DNA of 64,000 nt, from the NCBI GenBank assembly GCA_963810275.1, contig CAWENF010000014.1, positions 113,578 through 177,577 on the forward strand, read 5' to 3'. Below, piece by piece: positions 1-9,606 of the stretch. Source of the stretch: an uncultured archaeon (GTDB lineage: Archaea; Thermoproteota; Bathyarchaeia; Bathyarchaeales; Bathycorpusculaceae). Positions within the stretch are counted from its first letter, which is position 1. Each line of letters begins with the position of its first letter. The notes under the pieces were generated by a model. That model was given only the letters and a program-made list of their open reading frames with translations. It had not been told where the DNA came from and searched no databases. A program made the position numbers and the translations under genes.

Positions 1-410
1 ACAACGCCACCAACCCAACCATAATGGCTTATCTGGCGCAGCCCAGCGTGAAAACAGGCGACATCTGGACCAAACCAGTTAACACAGGCAACACAAGCCT
101 CGGCTTAACAGGCGAAGTAACGCTAAAGTTCATGGGAATTGAGGAAGTAACAGTTCCAGCAGGCACCTACACAGCCATGCTCATAGAAACATCAAGCAAC
201 ATACTACAAATCCACACCGACGGCACATCGCTCTTAACAAGCTTAGACGGCATGACACTACAGATGAACGGCACCTCATATGTTGAGCAAAGCACCTGCC
301 GCCTAATCAAAGCAGACCTCACACAGGTAAGCACCCTCAATTCAGCAGGCGTTGACAGAACTTCAACCATGTACACGGAAAAAACCTTAATAGAACACAC
401 CCAGCCCTAA
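1..410 (+). CDS. hypothetical protein, probably the 3' part of an exported protein starting left of the window
   Basis: ORF 24..410 with Thr/Ser-rich beta-strand pattern and 'EEVTVPAGTY' motif; frame is open to the window edge. Confidence 0.55.
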   Translation, partial: NATNPTIMAYLAQPSVKTGDIWTKPVNTGNTSLGLTGEVTLKFMGIEEVTVPAGTYTAMLIETSSNILQIHTDGTSLLTSLDGMTLQMNGTSYVEQSTCRLIKADLTQVSTLNSAGVDRTSTMYTEKTLIEHTQP

Positions 411-439
411 GCTGCAAAGAGTAGAACCAAGAAACACCT

Positions 440-937
440 ACATTGCCGACTTGCTTCAAGGCGTATGGAGGTTTTCGTCAAGAGGCAAAATTATTGTGGT
501 ATATCCGCCGTTTGATTGGATGGTGTTTGAAACGCCGAAGACGTATCTTTTGTGAACAGGTACATTGATGAGGTCCATGTTTCTGTGTCCCAATCATAAG
601 GTTTGGCAGCCAGTTTCTCAAGCGAGTACAATTCAGCCCAGTCACCCTCAAAATGGGATCGAACGTGGATATTGTAGTATATTGGGTGGCTGCTGTCTCT
701 GGTGCGGCTGGTTTTTTATGGACTTGTATGGTTCTGTTTTGGTATATTGTAGTTGTGGTTTCATCTGTGTATGGGTAGATTTCGCTAATGGAACTTGAGG
801 GGACGTATTTGACTGAAAAACTGGACACCGACGGCTTAGCTATTGACTGAGCATAGACTGCACCTAAGCATCTGAACAGCAACCCCAGTAACCACCAAAG
901 CAACTGCAAAGGTGCGTAGATTTTTCTTAATTGCCAT
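440..937 (-). pseudogene. decayed exported protein (signal peptide + 'AQSIAKPSVSSFSVKYV...YYNIHVRSHFEGDWAELY' type)
   Basis: ATG at 937 overlaps the upstream stop; coding sense switches frame several times; ORF track gives only fragment 478..909; lower coordinate approximate. Confidence 0.5.
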
Positions 938-1704
938 TTACTTTCGCCTCCAGCACTCTAATTCGCCTCAGCAACACAACAACTAAGACAATCATCAACG
1001 CAACCACAAAGCCTAAAGCTGCAGCGAAGCCAATCTAGAGTCAATCCAATGAAGAACCAGCAGCAGGTTGAGTAGAGGTTGTTTGTGTGGGAGACGCTGA
1101 AGGAGAAGAAAAAATAAATGGAGTTGCCGTTGGGGTGGGTGACGGTTTCGGTTGTGGGGTTGTTGAGGGTGAGACGCTGTCGGAGTTGTACACTAGCTCG
1201 TAGTATGCGAAGTGTATGCCCCGCCAAAGCTGCTTTGAATCGTTGAGAAAAGGAAGGTTAATGTGAAATCTGCATGTGTGTTGTCGCTTCCGAGGGTTAC
1301 GCTGCCGGTTTCTAAAGCTTCACGGTGCCCGTTAGCATATACATGGGGAAGGGCTCTAATCCACCTCTTGGCGTTAGAATGTGTAAATCGAAATTCTAGA
1401 AATCGTAGTTTACGGTGCCTCCGAAGTTGTATGTAGCCGTTAAGTGCAGGACAACTATTATTTCGCTGCCCTCGGTTGTTTGGTTGACTTCACTATAATC
1501 CAAAGATACGTTAGGCACAGCGGTAGGTGAAGGTATGGGTGTTGGAGGAGGTGTAGACGTGGAAGTGGAGGTTAGGGTGGCGATAATAACCGGGCTGGAC
1601 AGGGGTTGCACCGCGGCTGCTTGTGCAACTGCAGCGGGGAATAAGGTGACCGCTAACAAAACCAAAAAGAAAACAGCCAAAGTAGCCGTGCCCGTTTTGT
1701 TCAA
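927..1704 (-). pseudogene. decayed exported protein with signal peptide, Pro/Thr linkers and C-terminal TM anchor
   Basis: 1396..1704 gives signal peptide and PT linker; reading continues past TAG at 1396 through frameshifts and further stops to a TM tail 'IGFAAALGFVVALMIVLVVVLLRR'. Confidence 0.6.
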
Positions 1705-1833
1705 ATAAGCATCTGAGACTGTTTTGGCTTTAAATTCTTCTTGTATAGATTTCTTGACTTGGTCAAGGTTTCTGTTTTGCTGCCAGATTCTTATACCTTA
1801 ACCTCGCATATTTAAAGCTGGAGGCTGCCAGTT

Positions 1834-2415
1834 TTGAGCAGGGACAAAGAGCCGGAAATCACCGTTCTAACCTTAGGGTACGGCACTCGCACCATAGAAG
1901 AATTCACTCAGCTGCTGCAAATCCATGGGGTCACAACACTCATCGACGTACGGGCTTTTCCGCGCAGCCGTTTCAGCCCAGAATTCAACAAAGAAGCCCT
2001 CCCTGGCCACTTCAAACACTACGGCGTCAAATACGTCCCCCTCCCCGACATCGGAGGCATGCGGCACCCCAAACCCAACAGCAAAAACCTCGCCTTAGAA
2101 GGACAATTCAGAGGCTACGCCGACTACATGCAAACCAAAGAGTTCACCGAGCAACTCCTCAAAATCGTGGCATTAGCGCGGGACGGCAGGGTAGCGTTGA
2201 TGTGTGCTGAGGCGTTGCCCTACAAGTGCCATCGCATCCTAATCAGCGATGCACTGGCAGCAAGAAACATCCGAGTACTGCACATAATCAGCAAAGAAAA
2301 CGCGGTTGCACACCAAATGCATGAGTTGGCAAAAGTGGATGGCGTGCGAGTTTCGTATCCGCTTTACAGCAAAGATACTCCGCAGAAAACGCTTACCGAC
2401 TTTGAAGCCAAATAG
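1834..2415 (+). CDS. DUF488 family protein
   Basis: 'TLGYGTRTIEEF', 'LIDVRAFPRSR', 'ALMCAEALPYKCHRILI' motifs. Confidence 0.85.
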   Translation: MSRDKEPEITVLTLGYGTRTIEEFTQLLQIHGVTTLIDVRAFPRSRFSPEFNKEALPGHFKHYGVKYVPLPDIGGMRHPKPNSKNLALEGQFRGYADYMQTKEFTEQLLKIVALARDGRVALMCAEALPYKCHRILISDALAARNIRVLHIISKENAVAHQMHELAKVDGVRVSYPLYSKDTPQKTLTDFEAK

Positions 2416-2417
2416 CA

Positions 2418-2633
2418 CTACGCTGTTTTTTGGTTGAGTTCCTTGCCCAGTTGAATAATCAGAAGCAAAACCAGATTCGCTATAGCTACACCCGCCAAAG
2501 CAAACGCTGGGAGTAGGAAGTAGAAGTCGGTGGGCGGCTGCATTATGGTTAAGAGGAAGACCCCCCCGATGATGCCTGTTAAGTTGACTAGTATCATGAG
2601 TAGGTCTTGGTCTTTGAACTGCGTTTTTGTCAG
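2418..2633 (-). CDS. small two-TM membrane protein, not in ORF track (59 aa from ATG 2597 or 71 aa from CTG 2633)
   Basis: Manual translation: (LTKTQFKDQDLL)MILVNLTGIIGGVFLLTIMQPPTDFYFLLPAFALAGVAIANLVLLLIIQLGKELNQKTA*; directly downstream of the RsmB-family gene. Confidence 0.55.
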   Translation of the reverse strand: MTKTQFKDQDLLMILVNLTGIIGGVFLLTIMQPPTDFYFLLPAFALAGVAIANLVLLLIIQLGKELNQKTA

Positions 2634-2666
2634 CTTCCCACGAGAAGGGAATGTGGATAGGGCTTT

Positions 2667-4019
2667 TTAGGGTTCCTGTTTCTGCATTTTAGCTATAAAA
2701 AAGCCGTTGCAATCGTGCAAGTGGGGATAGAGGCGGCGGCACTGCGTGTAACCATCTAACCCAGGCAGGCCGAGTTCAGGCGAAATGTCCACTAACTTGA
2801 ATTCGGGGTGAAACTTGAGGAACTGACCGATTACGCCCTCGTTCTCTTCCAATGTGATGCTGCACGTCGAATAAGCCAAATAGCCGCCTACCTTGACTTT
2901 TTCGGCGCAATTAAATATCATTTTCAGCTGGATCTCAGACATGTTTTGGATTGATTTAGTGCTAAGCCGCCACTTGGCAGAGGGCTGCTTGGCAAACACG
3001 CCACTACTAGTACAGGGAGGGTCCAAAACAACAAGGTCTGCCTCACCAATCAAGGGCACAGATACACAAACATCCGCCACCACTGGCTCCGCAATCGAAG
3101 CACCCATACGAGCAACCTCTGTTTGCCAGGTGCAAATGCGTTTGAAACTGAAATCCAAAGACACGATGCTGCCCTGATCGCCCATAAGCTGCGCAAGAAA
3201 AGTGGTTTTAGCACCCGGAGCTGAACAAACATCAAACACCATATCGTCGGGTTGAGGGTTTGCAGCTTGGGCAGCAAAGCAGCTTGCCTTGTCCTGCACG
3301 TAAAAAAATCCCGCTTTGAGGCTGGCGGAGTTGTTTAGCGTTGTTTTAAATTCAATGACTTTGTAAGTGTACCGTAGAGGTTCGACTTTTTCCGTTTGGA
3401 TGCCTTCGTCTTGGATTTTTTGAAGGATTTCCTTTTCAGGAGATTTGAGGGTGTTTAGTCGAATGTATGTGGGCGGGGGGTTTAGGCTGCCTTTGAGAAA
3501 AGCTTCAGCTTCTCGCCTGCCGAAGAGTTTTATGAGGTACTCGACAAACCATGTTGGGTGGAAGGTTTCCAGAGCCAGCCGTTCGGTTTCAGACGCCGAC
3601 TCCAAAAGCGGCGTCAGTTGCCTGGTCAATAGAAAGCCCAAGTACGGCTCTACTTCACGCATCGACTCCCAACCCAGAATCGAGCGACCCAAACTGGCAA
3701 TTTGCTCCGCCTCTTTAAGGTTGATTTTGCCCCAGTTTTTGGTGATTCTTGTATGGTAAACGTAGAGCCGCAGAAAAGCCTGCAACCCCTGATTCAGTTC
3801 GCCGACTTTTTTGGGTTCCAAAACGGTGTTAATGAGTTTATCAATGAGATTTTTTCTGCGGGTAGCCTCGACAACCAAGGCATAGGCGTAGCGGATAGCC
3901 TGTGGATCGGATATACTGAGCTGCCGTGTTGTACGTAGCAGTGCTGAGCGTTCGTTAAGACGGCGCATCTCCATCCAACTCAAAGTTTCAATGGCAACTG
4001 TCCAGGCATCACGTAGCAT
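2667..4019 (-). CDS. RsmB/NOL1/NOP2/Sun family RNA m5C methyltransferase with N-terminal NusB-like region
   Basis: 'YVQDKAS', 'DVCSAPGAKT', 'LDPPCT', 'YSTCSI..EENE' motifs. Confidence 0.9.
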   Translation of the reverse strand: MLRDAWTVAIETLSWMEMRRLNERSALLRTTRQLSISDPQAIRYAYALVVEATRRKNLIDKLINTVLEPKKVGELNQGLQAFLRLYVYHTRITKNWGKINLKEAEQIASLGRSILGWESMREVEPYLGFLLTRQLTPLLESASETERLALETFHPTWFVEYLIKLFGRREAEAFLKGSLNPPPTYIRLNTLKSPEKEILQKIQDEGIQTEKVEPLRYTYKVIEFKTTLNNSASLKAGFFYVQDKASCFAAQAANPQPDDMVFDVCSAPGAKTTFLAQLMGDQGSIVSLDFSFKRICTWQTEVARMGASIAEPVVADVCVSVPLIGEADLVVLDPPCTSSGVFAKQPSAKWRLSTKSIQNMSEIQLKMIFNCAEKVKVGGYLAYSTCSITLEENEGVIGQFLKFHPEFKLVDISPELGLPGLDGYTQCRRLYPHLHDCNGFFIAKMQKQEP

Positions 4020-4668
4020 TTTTAATCAACATCCCAAACAACCACATCGCCCTAAATAAGCCTACAATTTCAGGTTTTCTGTTGCTTCGTGAAAGTCTCC
4101 GCATAGCTTTATCGTCCTTCAGCAATTCGTGCTAAATAAAATGTTACGACCCCATCTCACTAAGATGAAAAACGCTACTTCCAGGCAACTCGACGAAACA
4201 AGAACCGAGACGAAAAGACAGTAAAAAAGAAAGAGTTGCAGTGGAGGAGGTTTAGTTTATGATTTGTACAACCTGATTAGGGATGAAAACTTGGTCTGAG
4301 CTTATCAGTGGAACGAGGACGATAAGCCCTTTGAGTTTGTAGGTTCTTGTGTTGTCGCTGCTTGTTATGAGTTAGGACGGCCCTGCTTACGGGTGCTTAC
4401 GGGAAGATTTGCAGCTTTGCCGTGGGGAGTTGTTTTAAAGCACTATGTTAACTCGGTTTATTCAGTCACACGACAATCGGTTTTTTGGCTAATATTGGTT
4501 GCCGATTTAGATTACAAGCAAGTTTGAAGCGTTATATAGCAGAAAAATGGAACATGGAACATATAATACAATTTAGAACGTAAACGCAGACAGGTGTGTG
4601 TACATTTGTTTCACACACAACATCATATGCAACCATCAACAATTTTTCCTTGTAGAGGTAAGTTGAAG

Positions 4669-4836
4669 TTGAGTCAAGTAGTCAAGCGTCGAGTAAAACC
4701 TGGAACTCACGCTGGGCAATACATGTGCATGGAGTGCGGCAAAATTTTTGACACCAAAAAAGAAGTCGACACCCACAGACACAAACATCACCCGACAATC
4801 TTGCGCAGCCATTTAAGCGGCTTCTTCACCGAATAA
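4669..4836 (+). CDS. small single C2H2 zinc-finger protein
   Basis: YMCMECGKIFDTKKEVDTHRHKHH matches Y-x-C-x2-C-x3-F-x8-H-x3/4-H; likely TTG start at 4669 inside ORF 4594..4836. Confidence 0.7.
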   Translation: MSQVVKRRVKPGTHAGQYMCMECGKIFDTKKEVDTHRHKHHPTILRSHLSGFFTE

Positions 4837-4866
4837 ACACGCAATTTTGGGTTTTTCGCGTCGATT

Positions 4867-4892
4867 ATAACCCTGTGGATAACAGGGGTTAT
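4867..4892 (+). terminator. hairpin followed by T-tract, possible terminator of the C2H2 gene
   Basis: ATAACCCTGT-ggata-ACAGGGGTTAT inverted repeat with one bulge, followed by TTTGTTTT. Confidence 0.35.
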
Positions 4893-4959
4893 TTTGTTTT
4901 ATAGTCACGAAACGTTTTATTCTCAACGCGCCATATGAAAGGCACAGGTAAAAAGAGGG

Positions 4960-7716
4960 ATGGCGCGCACACTCCTAGACTGGTGCAGCAGCGAACCAGC
5001 TAAACCAACACAAAAAACAAAAACCAAAGCGGAAGCGCCGCCCCAACCGTCTCCGCCGCAGGAATTCAAGGCACCTGAAGAGGCGGTGGTTAAGCCAGAA
5101 AAGCGGGAACGCCAACCTTATCCGCCAATCGCCCCCGACAATCTACCTCCATCGTTCTTTGTTTCGGCATCCTACGATGGACGCCAACGCAAAGCCGTGG
5201 TGAAACTTTACGAACCCAAATCGGGCAACATGTATTTCTGGTACGACAACACCGGCCACCTGCCCTATTGCTTGACAAGCATAGTCAAAGAAGATATGGA
5301 ACGCTTCGAACGCGTCAAGACACACACGGGCTTTGACCACTTCGAGGCTGAACAGCGACTTGATACATTAAACGACTGCCCAGTCGAAGTCACCAAAATC
5401 GTCTGCAAAGACCCGCTTGCAATAGGCGGCAGACCGTCAGGTACCATCCGAGACATCATCCCCGAAGACTACACGAAGGTGTTTGGAGCCAGAATCCAAG
5501 ATGTCGGTGCCAAAATCTGGGAGTCAAAAATCAAGTATTACCAATCATACATTTACGACCGCGGTTTACTGCCGGGTATGGAGTACGAAGTCAAAGACGG
5601 AAACCTCGTGCAAGTAACAAACAACGCGGCTACAGAGAACCTAACAAAAATCCGCAGCTTATTCGCCGAGTGCACCACTGAGGAGCAAGAGTACGCTGAG
5701 ATGTGGGCAGAGCTCTTGGAGTATCCGGCACCCAAATTCAGAAGGGCGGCCATAGACATCGAAGTGTACTCACCGCTGACAAACCGCATCCCCGACGCCC
5801 GTGAAGGCGCATGCCCAGTTATGGCTTGTTCGGTGTACAGTAGCGACGGCGAACGCAAAGTCCTTGTACTCAAACGAGAAGGCATGGAGCAGGGCGACAC
5901 AAAGTTAACCGCTGGTTTGGATGTTGAGTACTGCGACTCCGAATACGACTTAGTCAAAAAGGTCTTTGACATACTCTGGACGTACCCCTTCATTTTGACG
6001 TTTAACGGAGACGACTTTGACCTTCGCTTCCTAGCTCACAGAGCGTACAATTTAGGGTTCACGAGAAAAGACATTCCCATCGACATAGGCAAACGCGTGT
6101 GCCTCTTAAAGTACGGCATTCACATTGATTTGTACAAGTTCTTTTTCAACCGTTCAGTGCAGATTTACGCTTACGGCGGGAAGTACAAGGATGTAAGCCT
6201 CGAGGACGTAGGCACAGCGCTTATCGGCACCCAAAAAATCCACCTTGACAAAGCGTTTGGCGACCTGAACTACAGCGAACTAGCAGCGTACTGTATGCGG
6301 GACAGCGAAATCACGTACAAGTTGACCAGCGCCGGAGACGACTCCGCCATGAAGCTTATGCTGGTTTTGTCACGCATCAGCAGTATGCCCATGGAGGACG
6401 TCAGCCGCCAAGGGGTGAGCCGGTGGATACGCAACTTTATGCACCGTGAGCACCGTAAAAAACACTTTCTTATCCCAAACGCCGAGGATATTCTGACCAA
6501 AAAGGGTAAAACCAGCACTACCGCCGTGATTAAGGGCAAGAAATACAAGGGCGCAATCGTGGTTGAGCCGACACCTGGAGTGCACTTTAATGTAGCGGTT
6601 ATGGACTTTCCAAGCCTGTACCCTTCTATTATTAAGGTTTGGAATTTGGGTTACCAGTCTATCTGCTGCAACCATCCTGGCTGCAGAAGCCATGCTATCC
6701 CTGATACGCAGCATTGGGTGTGCACTGAGCATCGCGCCTTAGAAAGCCTGCTGATCGGTTCTCTGCGGGATTTGCGTGTGAAGTGGTATAAGAGCCGCGC
6801 CAAAGACAAGTCGCTGCCACAAGAACTACGCAGCTGGTATAGCATCGCACAAGGAGCACTTAAAGTCATTTTGAACGCCAGTTACGGCGTTTTCGGAGCA
6901 GACAGCTTTGATCTTTATTGCCCCCCAGTTGCCGAAGCAACCGCAGCCATCGGCAGATACAGTATCACCCAAATCCTTACCCACGCCAGATCTGTGGGCA
7001 TAGTGGTTTTGTACGGCGACACCGACAGCTTATTCCTCAAAAACCCCACTAAAGAGCAAATAGAAGACGTAATACACTACACCGAACACGAGCTCGGTAT
7101 GGGCATCGACATGGAGAAAACCTATCGCTACGCTGTGTTTAGCAGCCGCAAAAAGAACTACCTCGGCGTGCTGGAAAACGGTAACGTAGATGTGAAGGGG
7201 TTGACGGGTAAAAAGAAGCATATACCGATTTTCATAAAGGACGCTTTTAACCAGATGAAGGAGCGGTTGGCGCAGGTTAAGAACCCTGAGGACTTCGAGA
7301 AAGCCCGAAAAGACATCGCCAACATCGTGCGCGAAAGGTACAATGTGCTTAAGCGGCGTGAGTGGAAAGATAACAGTGAATTAGCCTTCCACATGGTGCT
7401 AGGCGATGAACTGTCAAGTTACACGAAAACTACGCCGCAACATGTTAAAGCCGCCAGAATTTTAGAGAAAAACGGCAGAGAAATCCACGCAGGTGACCAG
7501 ATTAGTTTCGTAAAAGTAATCAAGTCGTCTTCACGCAACAGCGCAGCAGAAGAGAATGCTGGCGTTAAACCCGTAGAGTTGGCTTCGAGAAACGAGATTG
7601 ATGTAGACAAGTATGTTGCTTATTTGCAAGCTACGTTTGAGCAGGTGTTGGATGCGTTGAACTTGAGCTTTGAAGAGATTATTGGGTTGACGCGGCTAGC
7701 AAGCTTTTTCGCCTAA
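4960..7716 (+). CDS. polB1: family B DNA polymerase, PolB1 type
   Basis: Exonuclease motifs 'DIEV', 'FNGDDFD', 'YCMRD'; polymerase motifs 'DFPSLYPSII', 'KVILNASYG', 'YGDTDS'; C-terminal PIP-like 'TRLASFF'. Confidence 0.93.
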   Translation: MARTLLDWCSSEPAKPTQKTKTKAEAPPQPSPPQEFKAPEEAVVKPEKRERQPYPPIAPDNLPPSFFVSASYDGRQRKAVVKLYEPKSGNMYFWYDNTGHLPYCLTSIVKEDMERFERVKTHTGFDHFEAEQRLDTLNDCPVEVTKIVCKDPLAIGGRPSGTIRDIIPEDYTKVFGARIQDVGAKIWESKIKYYQSYIYDRGLLPGMEYEVKDGNLVQVTNNAATENLTKIRSLFAECTTEEQEYAEMWAELLEYPAPKFRRAAIDIEVYSPLTNRIPDAREGACPVMACSVYSSDGERKVLVLKREGMEQGDTKLTAGLDVEYCDSEYDLVKKVFDILWTYPFILTFNGDDFDLRFLAHRAYNLGFTRKDIPIDIGKRVCLLKYGIHIDLYKFFFNRSVQIYAYGGKYKDVSLEDVGTALIGTQKIHLDKAFGDLNYSELAAYCMRDSEITYKLTSAGDDSAMKLMLVLSRISSMPMEDVSRQGVSRWIRNFMHREHRKKHFLIPNAEDILTKKGKTSTTAVIKGKKYKGAIVVEPTPGVHFNVAVMDFPSLYPSIIKVWNLGYQSICCNHPGCRSHAIPDTQHWVCTEHRALESLLIGSLRDLRVKWYKSRAKDKSLPQELRSWYSIAQGALKVILNASYGVFGADSFDLYCPPVAEATAAIGRYSITQILTHARSVGIVVLYGDTDSLFLKNPTKEQIEDVIHYTEHELGMGIDMEKTYRYAVFSSRKKNYLGVLENGNVDVKGLTGKKKHIPIFIKDAFNQMKERLAQVKNPEDFEKARKDIANIVRERYNVLKRREWKDNSELAFHMVLGDELSSYTKTTPQHVKAARILEKNGREIHAGDQISFVKVIKSSSRNSAAEENAGVKPVELASRNEIDVDKYVAYLQATFEQVLDALNLSFEEIIGLTRLASFFA

Positions 7717-7898
7717 ACCAAGGCGCCTACTTTGCTATCTAAAAGAGCCCGGCGGTTTTGTTTTTTTAACTATTAGTAGTGGCGGTTAGTTTGCTGTGCA
7801 CTGCTTCTTTCAGCGGGTTATGCTATGCAACCTGTTTTGGCGTCAGCGTCTATTTTTAGAACTGGTGGTGGAGGTATTACAACCAGCAGCGGGCGCAG

Positions 7899-8677
7899 TC
7901 AACGCGAAACGGGTTTATTTCCCTTTTTAATGATGTTCTTAAAACGGCAGTTGCTGATTGGTTGATGGCTCAATATCGTCCCGTCTTTGATAATGCAGAA
8001 GGTGCCGAACGCACAGGGTGACTTCTGAACTGATTCTGCATCAGTGAAATCCAAGGCTTCATACCCATGTCTTTGGCGGTCTGCATAATGGCATACACGT
8101 TTTTAACCGAGTAGGGACATTGCGGCGAACGAATAATAGTTAAACCCTTCTCGTAACCTGTGATTGGAGCGACCTGGAACTTAGGGTTCTCGGTTTCGGG
8201 GCTGAATTTCAGTGCAAGCAACGCAAAATCAGGTTTAGCTGCTTCCACAACGGAAAAGCCTTTTTTGATAAAAATGTCCTTTTTAGCCATAAACGACCCT
8301 TTGCGGGTAACTATTGCGACACCAACCTTGCCTTGATCTTTGGCTTCAGCTATAACCACATCAAGCATGGCAGAGGCGTGCCCCTTACCCTTAAACTCAC
8401 CCTTGAAACCGACAAAGATACAGTGAATAAACATGTAGCCATCCGCTTGCACAGGACGGTAGGCATACTCGCCGGGGATGTACTCGAGCATGCCCTGATA
8501 GCCACCTGATTTGGAGATGAGTGCTTTGATGCGAAGCCCCTTAGGATAGTATTCTTTGAACCAAGTTATTTTGCGCCGCAGTTCCAATTGTTTTTCGAAA
8601 TCTTTGTAGCCACAGACGCCAAAATCAGCGATGGTTTCAGGTGTCAAATCAACTATTGATGTGTCGGGTTGGGGCAA
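7899..8677 (-). CDS. YoaP-domain GNAT acetyltransferase, frameshifted near 8055
   Basis: 'EYIPGEYAYRP', 'FIHCIFV..GKGHAS', 'SPQCPY'; YoaP tail 'AESVQKSPCAFGTFCIIKDG' continues in another frame to the stop at 7899. Confidence 0.8.
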
Positions 8678-8729
8678 AATTAGACCTCAAATGAAGTTAC
8701 AGTTTACGCAGTTTTAAGTTTTTGCAACA

Positions 8730-9593
8730 TTAAGACAGCAACTGGACGATGGCACCAAGCAGAGTAAATATAGCGACTATGGCTGCGATTGTGAAGACGA
8801 CTTGGCGTTCAGTAAGGGGGCGGTGATAGGTTATGGTGGTGACAAGGCTTTTACGGCTGTCTGAGCAAAGGCGTTTGCCGTCAAATGTTACTGCCGCCTT
8901 TTTGTGCACGAAGAACACAGCGAGTAAGATGATGGATGAGTTGAATATGAAAGGCAAAATCGAGATCAGTAGATTGACCTTCAAATCGGAGATAACGGCA
9001 AAGGAAGCCAGTGTCATACCAAACGCGAAGGAACCCGTGTTGCCTACAAAGATTTTTCCAGCCAAGTTAAGGTAGGCGAGTACAAGCCAGAGAATTAAGG
9101 GACCTACCATGAGATAATAGTTCGGAGTGAAAGCCATGAGGCCAGCGATTACTATGGCGGGGCATAGGGACTCTAGCCCGTTTAATCCGCCCAGCTGGTT
9201 AACTGTGTTGGTGACTATCATGACGATTAATGGAATCAAGATGTAGAAGTAGGCAACCCCGAAGTCGATTTGCCCGATAAAAGGAAGAGTGATACTGGTT
9301 CTTGCGCCAGTCACCAGCGCATAGTAAATCAAAGGCAACGCAGCTATGAGCGGCATGAAGGCTTTGTAGCGCCATTTGAGATCTATCCAGTCATCCATCA
9401 TGCCCATGAAGCCGCCGAAAAGCACACATGCTGCCAAGGTGAATGCTGCAGAGACAGGTTGAGGGCTAGCACTTTCTTGCAGGAAATAAACTAAGAAAAG
9501 ATAGACTGTTGCGAAGAGGACATAGAAAACGCCGAAGCCGTTGGGGATTAAGGGTCGACCAACTTTATGCTGGTCGGGAACCTTAGGAAACAC
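8730..9593 (-). CDS. aglH: AglH/Alg7-like UDP-GlcNAc:dolichyl-phosphate GlcNAc-1-P transferase (MraY/WecA superfamily)
   Basis: 'DQHK', 'GMMDDW', 'NTVNQLGGLNGLE', 'KIFVGNTGS'; polytopic; directly downstream of aglB. Confidence 0.8.
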   Translation of the reverse strand: MFPKVPDQHKVGRPLIPNGFGVFYVLFATVYLFLVYFLQESASPQPVSAAFTLAACVLFGGFMGMMDDWIDLKWRYKAFMPLIAALPLIYYALVTGARTSITLPFIGQIDFGVAYFYILIPLIVMIVTNTVNQLGGLNGLESLCPAIVIAGLMAFTPNYYLMVGPLILWLVLAYLNLAGKIFVGNTGSFAFGMTLASFAVISDLKVNLLISILPFIFNSSIILLAVFFVHKKAAVTFDGKRLCSDSRKSLVTTITYHRPLTERQVVFTIAAIVAIFTLLGAIVQLLS

Positions 9594-9606
9594 TTTTCGC
9601 CGCTTC

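Noticed and set aside
4300-4327. CTTATC/GATAAG stem resembling SAM-I riboswitch P1, or a hammerhead core
   Set aside because: The loop is only 14 nt and the required core motifs are absent
4874-4882. Perfect DnaA box (TGTGGATAA) upstream of polB1
   Set aside because: Single copy inside a hairpin in an archaeon; no ORB array or cdc6 nearby
5090-7610. Many antisense ORFs inside polB1 (likewise inside aglB, xpd and thermosome)
   Set aside because: Shadow ORFs caused by codon bias of the real genes
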